Source: Propionibacterium freudenreichii subsp. freudenreichii (lineage in GTDB: Bacteria; Actinomycetota; Actinomycetes; Propionibacteriales; Propionibacteriaceae). From it: a stretch of DNA of 32,000 nt. The notes under the pieces are model-generated. The model worked only from the letters and a program-made list of their open reading frames with translations. It searched no databases and had not been told where the DNA came from. Positions 21,999 through 32,000 of this stretch are shown piece by piece. The stretch's first letter is position 1. Each line of letters opens with the position of its first letter. The position numbers and the translations under genes were made by a program. The stretch spans positions 2,040,001 through 2,072,000 of the forward strand of contig NZ_CP010341.1 in NCBI RefSeq assembly GCF_000940845.1. The letters run 5' to 3'.

Positions 21999-23990
21999 AT
22001 GGCTGGCAACACCACCACGCACGCATCCGGAGGAATCCGGGAGTTGACGGTCCGGGCCGTCGTCCTGGGCGGCATCATCACCCTGATCTTCACCGCCGCC
22101 AACGTCTACCTGGGCCTCAAGGTCGGCCTGACCTTCGCCACCTCCATCCCGGCGGCCGTGATCTCGATGGCCATCCTGCGGCGCTTCCAGAACCACACCG
22201 TGGTCGAGAACAACATCGTGCAGACCATCGCGTCCGCCGCCGGCACGCTGTCGGCCATCATCTTCGTGCTGCCCGGCCTGGTGATGATCGGCTGGTGGAC
22301 GGGCTTCCCCTACTGGACGACGGCCGCAGTCTGCGCCATCGGCGGAACGCTCGGCGTCATGTACTCCATCCCGCTGCGTCGCGCCCTGGTGACCGGCTCC
22401 GACCTGCCCTACCCCGAGGGCGTCGCCGGGGCCGAGGTGCTCAAGGTCGGGGATTCCTCGCAGAGTGCCGCCTCGCAGCGCAGCGGCCTGCGCGCCATCT
22501 TCACCGGGGCGATCGGGGCCGGCGGCTTCTCGCTGCTCGGCGCCCTCAAGGTGGTGGCCACCAAGGTCTCCACCGTGCTCCACATCGGAAGCGGCGGCAC
22601 GATCCTGGGCACGAGCCTCTCGCTGGCCCTGCTGGGCGTGGGACACCTGGTGGGAATCACGGTCGGCATCGCCATGCTCGTCGGCGTGGCCATCTCGTAC
22701 GGCGTGTTGCTGCCGATGCTGAGCCGCGGCGCCCCGGCGCCCCTGGCGGCCTCGGTTCCCGACATCTTCGCCACCGATGTGCGCTTCATCGGCGCCGGCA
22801 CCATTGCCGTGGCCGCCGTCTGGACCCTGCTGAAGATCATCGCCCCGATCACCTCCGGCATCCGCGAGGCGATCCGCTCCACGCGCCGCCGCCACTCCGG
22901 GGAGAAGGTGGACATCACCGAGCACGACATCCCGATCAACATCGTCGCCATCGTGGTGGTGGCGTCCATGGTGCCGATCGGCATGCTGCTGTGGGGGTTC
23001 ACCCGCGGCACGGTGCTCGATGGCAGCGCGGGGAGCCTCATCGCGGTGAGCCTGGTCTTCGTGCTGCTCGTCGGGCTGATCGTGGCCTCCGTCTGCGGAT
23101 ACATGGCCGGCCTCATCGGCGCGTCCAACAGCCCCATCTCCGGCGTCGGCATCCTCGTCGCCATCGCCGCGGCAGTGCTGCTGAGCGCCACCTACGGCCA
23201 GCATGATGGCACGCACGGCACCGCACTGGTGGCATACACCCTTTTCACCGCAGCCGTCGTGTTCTCCGTGGGCACCATCGCCAATGACAACCTGCAGGAC
23301 CTGAAGACCGGCCAGCTGGTGGGCGCCACACCGTGGAAGCAGCAGGTGGCCCTCATCATCGGCGTGGTCTTCGGCTCGCTGGTCATTCCCCCGGTGCTCG
23401 AGCTCATGCAGTCGGCGTTCGGATTCCTGGGCACCCCCGGTGCCGGTGACAATGCGCTGGCCGCGCCGCAGGCAGCCCTCATCTCCTCGCTGGTGCAGGG
23501 CGTCTTCGGCGACTCGCTCAATTGGGGACTCATCGGCATGGGCGCGCTCATCGGCGTCGGGGTGATCATCGTCGACGAGATCCTCGGACGCACCACCCAC
23601 AAGCTGCACCTTCCGCCACTGGCCGTCGGCATGGGCATGTACCTTCCGATCACGCTCACCGTGATGATCCCGGTCGGCGCCATCATCGGCCGCTTCTTCG
23701 ACCGCTGGGCAGAGCGACGGGGAGCCCACGCCGCCCACATCAAGCGTTCCGGCATCCTGCTGGCCACCGGGCTGATCGTCGGCGAGAGCCTGTTCGGCGT
23801 GGTCTTCGCGGCGATCGTGGGCGCCACCGGCAAGGACGAGCCACTGGCCATCGTCGGCGACGGCTTCGCCACCTGGGCGACCGTGCTGGGGATCATCGTG
23901 TTCGTCGCCTTCTCGGCGTACAGCTACTGGTCCACCGCCCACCATGCCGCACGCGACGCGGCCGACACCGACGCCGTCACAACGTCATAG
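21999..23990 (+). CDS. OPT-family oligopeptide transporter
   Basis: 663 aa from the ATG at 21999 (MAGNTTTH..., with GGAGA upstream). OPT-type motifs are present (RELTVRAVVLGGIITLIFTAANVYLGLKVG, DLKTGQLVGATPWKQQ). It is a polytopic membrane protein. Confidence 0.85.
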   Translation: MAGNTTTHASGGIRELTVRAVVLGGIITLIFTAANVYLGLKVGLTFATSIPAAVISMAILRRFQNHTVVENNIVQTIASAAGTLSAIIFVLPGLVMIGWWTGFPYWTTAAVCAIGGTLGVMYSIPLRRALVTGSDLPYPEGVAGAEVLKVGDSSQSAASQRSGLRAIFTGAIGAGGFSLLGALKVVATKVSTVLHIGSGGTILGTSLSLALLGVGHLVGITVGIAMLVGVAISYGVLLPMLSRGAPAPLAASVPDIFATDVRFIGAGTIAVAAVWTLLKIIAPITSGIREAIRSTRRRHSGEKVDITEHDIPINIVAIVVVASMVPIGMLLWGFTRGTVLDGSAGSLIAVSLVFVLLVGLIVASVCGYMAGLIGASNSPISGVGILVAIAAAVLLSATYGQHDGTHGTALVAYTLFTAAVVFSVGTIANDNLQDLKTGQLVGATPWKQQVALIIGVVFGSLVIPPVLELMQSAFGFLGTPGAGDNALAAPQAALISSLVQGVFGDSLNWGLIGMGALIGVGVIIVDEILGRTTHKLHLPPLAVGMGMYLPITLTVMIPVGAIIGRFFDRWAERRGAHAAHIKRSGILLATGLIVGESLFGVVFAAIVGATGKDEPLAIVGDGFATWATVLGIIVFVAFSAYSYWSTAHHAARDAADTDAVTTS

Positions 23991-24015
23991 CGGGCACCGC
24001 GTCCAGCAAGCACAT

Positions 24016-24057
24016 ATGAGGCCGCCCACCCCGGAATCCCGGGATGGGCGGCCTCAT
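24016..24057. terminator. Bidirectional terminator hairpin between convergent OPT and clpB (13 bp + mismatch + 5 bp)
   Basis: ATGAGGCCGCCCA (24016-24028) pairs with TGGGCGGCCTCAT (24045-24057), with an inner CCCGG/CCGGG stem. Confidence 0.7.
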
Positions 24058-24110
24058 GCTGTCAGTCGTCAAGTGGTCAGGCAGACCCAGTGATCACGCG
24101 GACCCAGTGC

Positions 24111-26711
<2,601 letters not shown>

Positions 26712-26792
26712 AAGTCCTTCTTCGCAATTCCCCGGCTCCGCGGCCCCCGGGCCTCAGCGACCCGGACCTCGTTCCACGGGCCAGAGCCCTCA

Positions 26793-26811
26793 TTGAGTCC
26801 ACCTGACTCAA
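26793..26811. promoter_or_regulatory. HspR-associated inverted repeat (HAIR) 1: TTGAGT-N7-ACTCAA, 82-100 nt upstream of clpB
   Basis: Matches the CTTGAGT-N7-ACTCAAG consensus in all 12 core positions. A TAAAGT -10-like element lies immediately upstream on the clpB strand. Confidence 0.7.
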
Positions 26812-26866
26812 CTTTAACGCGTTTGCGGTTATTCCGAAGCCGAACCCCCGATTTGGGCGGGTTGCG

Positions 26867-26887
26867 GTTGAGTCCCGATGGCTCAAG
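26867..26887. promoter_or_regulatory. HAIR 2: GTTGAGT-N7-GCTCAAG
   Basis: 11 of the 12 core positions (TTGAGT/ACTCAA) match the HAIR consensus, with one A-to-G change in the right arm. It lies 75 bp upstream of HAIR 1. Confidence 0.6.
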
Positions 26888-26946
26888 GACGCTCCTGCGG
26901 GCGGACGAGGCACCCCCCGACACCTGCAAACAGCAGGATGCCCCGC

Positions 26947-26980
26947 GCGAGCGAACTCGTGCGGGGCATCTGTGCGGGCC
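26947..26980 (-). terminator. 15-bp stem (one G-U) / CGAA tetraloop hairpin downstream of the aminotransferase gene
   Basis: GATGCCCCGCGCGAG cgaa CTCGTGCGGGGCATC. On the minus strand it is followed by CTGCTGTTTGC. Confidence 0.55.
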
Positions 26981-27068
26981 GCTCACTGCGGGGACCGACC
27001 CACATCCTGTGCGCCGGGGACCGGCCGGCAACCACCCGTGGATCGGGTGCCCGCAGGCCGGTGGGCGA

Positions 27069-28436
27069 CTACTTGGTGATGGCGGCGGCCATCTCGTCGA
27101 AGACCTCGATGTAGCGGTCGACATCGGCGTCCTGATGGGTCACCGACAGCGTCCACTCCTCCTCGCGGCCGGGCGTCATGTAGATGCCGCGGTTCATGTT
27201 CCACAGCCACGCCAGCTCCGACAGCTCGACGTCCTGGTTCTCCTTGAACGAGGGGTAGTCGATGATCTTGGTGGGCGAGAAGGTGACGCAACCCTTGGCG
27301 CCGATGCCCACCGAGTAGCCGGGCAGGCCGTACTTGTCGATCACGTTCTGGCAGCCGGCGAGCAGGCGCTCGTTGAGGTGGTTGAGGTGCTCATAGGCCG
27401 AGGGCACCAGCACCTTCTCGAGCGAGGCGCGCGCCGCCGCCATCGACAGCGGGTTACCCGAGTAGGTGCCCACCTGGTAGACGGTGTGGTCCTCGACCAC
27501 GCGCATGACCTCCTCGGTGCCACCCACGGCACCGGCCGGCAGGCCGCCGCCCAGCGCCTTGGCCAGCGTCACCAGGTCGGGCTTGACCCCGAAGCGCTCG
27601 GTGGCACCGCCGGCAGCGATCGTCAGGCCGGTCTTCACCTCGTCGAAGATGAGTACGATGCCGTGCTTGCGGGTGATCTCGCGCACCGCCTCGAGGTAAC
27701 CCGGCTCGGGCAGCACCACGCCCAGGTTCATCATGACGGCTTCCATGATCACGCAGGCCGGCTTGCGTCCCTCGGCCTCCAGCTCGACGATGCGCTTCTC
27801 CATCGTCTCGGCGTCATTGAAGTGCACCGGGATGGTCAGGTCGACGATGGCCTGCGGGATGCCGCCGCCGTAGGCCAACGACGCCGGGTGCTCGCGGGGG
27901 CCGATCTTGTCGTATTCGACGCCGATGCTCACCATTACCGCGTCGTGGTGGCCGTGGTACGACCCGAAGATCTTCATGATGGTGTCGCGGCCGGTGTAGG
28001 CGCGGGCGATGCGGATGGCGTCCATCGTGGACTCGGAGCCCGAGTTGGTGAACCGCCACTTGGCCAGCCCCCACCGCTCGGCGAGCTCGGAGGCGACGAT
28101 CGAGGAGTCCTCGGTGGCCATGCCGAAGTGGGTGCCCAGCGGGAAGCGGGCGGCGACGGCCTCGCCGATCGCGGGATTGGCGTGCCCCTGCACCATCGAG
28201 CCGTAGCCGTTGTGGAAGTCGATGTACTCATTGCCGTCGACGTCGATGATCGTCTGCTGGTGGCCGCGGTCGATGTAGATCGGCCACGGATCGCGCAGCT
28301 GGTAGCTCGACGAGACGCCGCCGGCGAGGTGCTGGCTGGCGCTGGCGTACATGGCCTTGGACGCCGTGGTGTTCGCATTGAGTTGGGCGCCCTCGGCCTC
28401 GGTGAGCTCGGCGACGCGCTGCCTGTTGATAGGCAT
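27069..28436 (-). CDS. Class-III (fold-type I) PLP aminotransferase of the glutamate-1-semialdehyde-aminomutase-like subgroup
   Basis: 455 aa. Motifs include FTNSGSESTMDAIRIAR, IFDEVKTG and LAKALGGGLPAGAVGG (PLP lysine). It lies downstream of the permease on the same strand. Confidence 0.88.
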   Translation of the reverse strand: MPINRQRVAELTEAEGAQLNANTTASKAMYASASQHLAGGVSSSYQLRDPWPIYIDRGHQQTIIDVDGNEYIDFHNGYGSMVQGHANPAIGEAVAARFPLGTHFGMATEDSSIVASELAERWGLAKWRFTNSGSESTMDAIRIARAYTGRDTIMKIFGSYHGHHDAVMVSIGVEYDKIGPREHPASLAYGGGIPQAIVDLTIPVHFNDAETMEKRIVELEAEGRKPACVIMEAVMMNLGVVLPEPGYLEAVREITRKHGIVLIFDEVKTGLTIAAGGATERFGVKPDLVTLAKALGGGLPAGAVGGTEEVMRVVEDHTVYQVGTYSGNPLSMAAARASLEKVLVPSAYEHLNHLNERLLAGCQNVIDKYGLPGYSVGIGAKGCVTFSPTKIIDYPSFKENQDVELSELAWLWNMNRGIYMTPGREEEWTLSVTHQDADVDRYIEVFDEMAAAITK

Positions 28437-28577
28437 GTTTCTCCTTCATCCCCGCCGGCCTGGCGCTGGGGTTGGTGTGAACGAAGGATCCGACCGGCCT
28501 GGCGTCGGATATGCATGGGATCGTCGGCCCGCCCGCTCGCCGGGTGTCATGCCGGCTGGCGTGGCGGGCGCCGCGAC

Positions 28578-30233
28578 TCAGACCACCGCGACCCTGTCCG
28601 GCACGCCGGAATCGGGCCCCAGTTCGACTGAGGCTACCCCAGCGGCGAGCCCGGCAGGCACGGCCAGCGGACCCTCGACGAAGGAGCTGGTGGTGCCGCC
28701 CCAGACCTGCTTGGGCAGCGTCTCACCGCGGAAGAATGCGGGGTTGACCAGTTGCTGGATCACCATCAGCACGGCGCCGACGGCGAGCGTCCCCATGCCC
28801 ACCACGGCCACTGCGCCGATGCCGAACAGGGTGACATTGTTGCCGGCGTCGTCCACCAGGTAGTCGGGCTTGGCGTACTGCACCAGGGCGAAGCCGAACA
28901 TGGCCATGAGGGACAGGCCGCCGAACATCGGCAGCACCCCGCGCATCATGAGGTTGCGCGGCGAGCTGGTCAGGGTGCGGCGGTACAGCCACACGCAGGC
29001 GAAGCCGGTCATGCCGTAGTAGAGCGCGATGAGCAGGCCGATGGCACCGATCAGGGCCAGCAGGATCGAGGGGCTGATGGCGGTCATGCCCAGGAAGAAG
29101 GCGATGGACAGCACGCCCATGCCCAGCGTCGACCAGGTGGGGGTGAGGAACTTCGGGGCGATGGTGGCGAACTTCTTCGGCATCGCGCCGTGGGTGGCCA
29201 TCGACAGGGCGGTGCGGGCCGTCGGCAGGATCGTGGTCTGGGTGGACAGGGCCGACGAGGTGAGGATCGAGATCGACAGCAGGCCCATGCCCAGGTGGCC
29301 GATGAACGAGTCGCCGTACAGGGCGGGTCCGATGGCGGCGAAGACATCCGCGGCGTTGGTGGGATTGCCCAGCCCGATGCCATCGGTGCCGACCCCGGCG
29401 AAGGCGACGGCGGCGTAGGTGACCACCAGGTAGGTGATCAGCAGCAGCACGGTGGACAGCAGGGCGGCGCGGCCGGGCGTGCGGCCCGGGTCGTCGGTCT
29501 CCTCATTGGAGGCCACTGCCGAATCCCAGCCCCAGTAGATGAACACCGCGATGAGCAGCGCCGAGGCGAGCGTGCCGGCCGACATGCCGGTGGGCAGCAG
29601 CCAGCTGAGCGAGGGCCGTACCGCGGTGGACACCGCATGGTGGGCGAAGACGCGGAACAGCGCGGTGCCGGCGAAGACGAGCAGCGTCAGCAGCTCGATG
29701 CCGAGCAGCACGTATTGGATCTTTGCGGAGAACTCGATGCCGCGGTAGCAGATCCAGGCCATGATCGCGATCCAGGCGACGCCGGCGATCGTCGAGGCGA
29801 GCGTGCTGGACGACAGGGTGTTGTGCAGGCCCACCTGGTTGGCGAGCTCGAAGGAATAGGAGCCGGCAATCGCGGCCAGGTTCGCCATCACGATCACATC
29901 GGAGGCGATGATCATCCAGCCGCCCATCCAGCCCGAGCGGGGGCCGAAGGCCCGCGAGCTCCAGGTGAAGGTGGTGCCGCAGTCGGGCTCGGCGGAGTTC
30001 AGTTCCTTGTAGGCCATGGCGATACAGAACATCGGCAGGAAGGCCAGCAGGATGATGGCCGGGGCCTTGAGGCCGGCACCGGCGGCCACGACCAGGCCGA
30101 GGCTGGCGGCCAGCGAATAGGCCGGAGCCACCGAGGCGGTGCCCACCACGACCGAGCCCAACAGCCCCAGCGCGCCGGAGCGCAGCCCTTTCTGTTTCGC
30201 GGTTCCGGACTCGGCAACGGCGTTCACGCTCAT
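28578..30233 (-). CDS. APC-superfamily amino-acid/polyamine permease
   Basis: 551 aa, about 12 TM helices, with an APC N-terminal pattern (LGLLGSVVVGTASVAPAYSL...) and AGGAGG 7 nt before the ATG. Confidence 0.88.
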   Translation of the reverse strand: MSVNAVAESGTAKQKGLRSGALGLLGSVVVGTASVAPAYSLAASLGLVVAAGAGLKAPAIILLAFLPMFCIAMAYKELNSAEPDCGTTFTWSSRAFGPRSGWMGGWMIIASDVIVMANLAAIAGSYSFELANQVGLHNTLSSSTLASTIAGVAWIAIMAWICYRGIEFSAKIQYVLLGIELLTLLVFAGTALFRVFAHHAVSTAVRPSLSWLLPTGMSAGTLASALLIAVFIYWGWDSAVASNEETDDPGRTPGRAALLSTVLLLITYLVVTYAAVAFAGVGTDGIGLGNPTNAADVFAAIGPALYGDSFIGHLGMGLLSISILTSSALSTQTTILPTARTALSMATHGAMPKKFATIAPKFLTPTWSTLGMGVLSIAFFLGMTAISPSILLALIGAIGLLIALYYGMTGFACVWLYRRTLTSSPRNLMMRGVLPMFGGLSLMAMFGFALVQYAKPDYLVDDAGNNVTLFGIGAVAVVGMGTLAVGAVLMVIQQLVNPAFFRGETLPKQVWGGTTSSFVEGPLAVPAGLAAGVASVELGPDSGVPDRVAVV

Positions 30234-30440
30234 ATCGACCTCCTGTGCGGAGCCAGGGCTGACGGATGGCCAGCCGATGTTTCGTATCGATCAACTCGAT
30301 GGCTATGACGGTAGGAATCAGTTGTTTCAGGGCTGTTTCAGCCCAGTCACGTCTTTGCGACAGTTCCCACCAGGGGGCTGGGAAGTGAGGAAACAGTAGC
30401 CGTGCCGGGGCGCCGCGAACAGGTGTCCAGCACACTGCGA

Positions 30441-30583
30441 TGGGGCGTTATCGCCCGATAGCGGTGCGATCACGCTCAGCGGGGCCCGGGTGTTCGCCCA
30501 CGGCGCACGGTCGATAACGCCCACCCGGGGGTCAGATGGTGGACCCCGGGTGTGGCGGGGCCGCGGGAATTGGCGTTATCGGG
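30441..30583 (-). promoter_or_regulatory. Cluster of GGCGTTATCG / CGATAACGCC repeats with an embedded 11-bp hairpin. Candidate RNA switch or multi-site operator upstream of the permease operon.
   Basis: GGCGTTATCG occurs at 30444-30453 and 30572-30581, and its complement at 30512-30521. There is a near-palindrome CGTTATCG-CC-CGATAGCG at 30446-30463 and a hairpin at 30522-30552. Confidence 0.4.
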
Positions 30584-30632
30584 TGCTGTGCCGTCCCGGA
30601 ATGCGGACAATCGGGCGGTCCACGACATGACA

Positions 30633-30675
30633 GATCTGCCCGGTGCGCCCTCGGGGAGGGTGCACCGGGCAGATC
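30633..30675 (-). terminator. 19-bp stem (one G-T) / 5-nt loop hairpin, about 95 nt downstream of the purA stop
   Basis: GATCTGCCCGGTGCGCCCT cgggg AGGGTGCACCGGGCAGATC. There is no U-tract. It is the most stable structure in the purA-permease spacer. Confidence 0.5.
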
Positions 30676-30680
30676 CGGAT

Positions 30681-30767
30681 GGCGTTGGGCCCACCTGCGG
30701 TGGGCCGTCTGGTGTTGGGCCTGGCGGTGTTGGGCTTGCAGGCGCCGGGCCTGCCGGCGCCGGCGAC
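30681..30767. repeat. About 6 x 15-bp degenerate tandem repeat (GGYGYYGGGC core) directly after the purA stop
   Basis: Cores are at 30681, 30697, 30711, 30726, 30741 and 30756. It contains small hairpins (GGCCCACC-tgc-GGTGGGCC at 30688-30706). Confidence 0.6.

Positions 30768-32000
<1,233 letters not shown>

Noticed and set aside
30476-30628. 50-codon ORF (MSWTARLSAFRDG...) inside the purA-permease spacer as a possible leader peptide or small protein. Also ORFs 30327..30524, 30532..31026 and 30536..30784.
   Set aside because: There is no Shine-Dalgarno or promoter context. The ORF starts inside the foot of the 19-bp hairpin. Its composition is typical of random high-GC frames, and it partly overlaps purA.
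30234-30767. Match of the structured leader to known riboswitch classes (glycine, ydaO/c-di-AMP, lysine, T-box, TPP)
   Set aside because: I could not find the conserved core strings of these classes by eye. This is a weak negative and needs a covariance-model scan.

Overview
High-GC actinobacterial chromosomal segment; spot counts on single 60-nt lines range from about 58% to 77% GC. There are no rRNA or tRNA genes, no CRISPR array and no mobile elements. The left 14 kb is a myo-inositol catabolic island. It has a GntR/HutC regulator (iolR-like) divergent from iolC, a class-I aldolase-like TIM barrel, iolB, iolD and iolA. These are followed by an IolT-type MFS sugar porter, a very GC-rich and strongly diverged second MFS gene, and a Zn-dependent alcohol dehydrogenase. 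On the other side of iolR lie a transaldolase and the first 15 codons of a Gfo/Idh/MocA oxidoreductase. A recurring TTGTC..GACAA-type operator sits in front of tal, iolC/iolR, iolT and the ADH, and a related inverted repeat lies in front of a 91-aa membrane-protein ORF. The remaining 18 kb is mostly housekeeping: class II fba, a 2-TM protein translationally coupled to a SpoU/TrmH methyltransferase, dedA, lemA, pyrE, a spermidine-synthase-like methyltransferase, an OPT transporter, clpB preceded by two HspR-type HAIR repeats, an APC permease plus class-III aminotransferase operon, and purA (5' end off the window). The items most worth follow-up are these. First, a class-E-sortase homologue in which both the catalytic His and Cys are replaced, preceded by a 5 x 26-bp tandem repeat. 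Second, a ~530-bp highly structured region upstream of the permease operon with mutually exclusive pairings. Third, the apparent extension of the Iol regulon. I did not find a clearly novel multi-gene system. All functional calls rest on motif and family recognition by eye, not on database searches.
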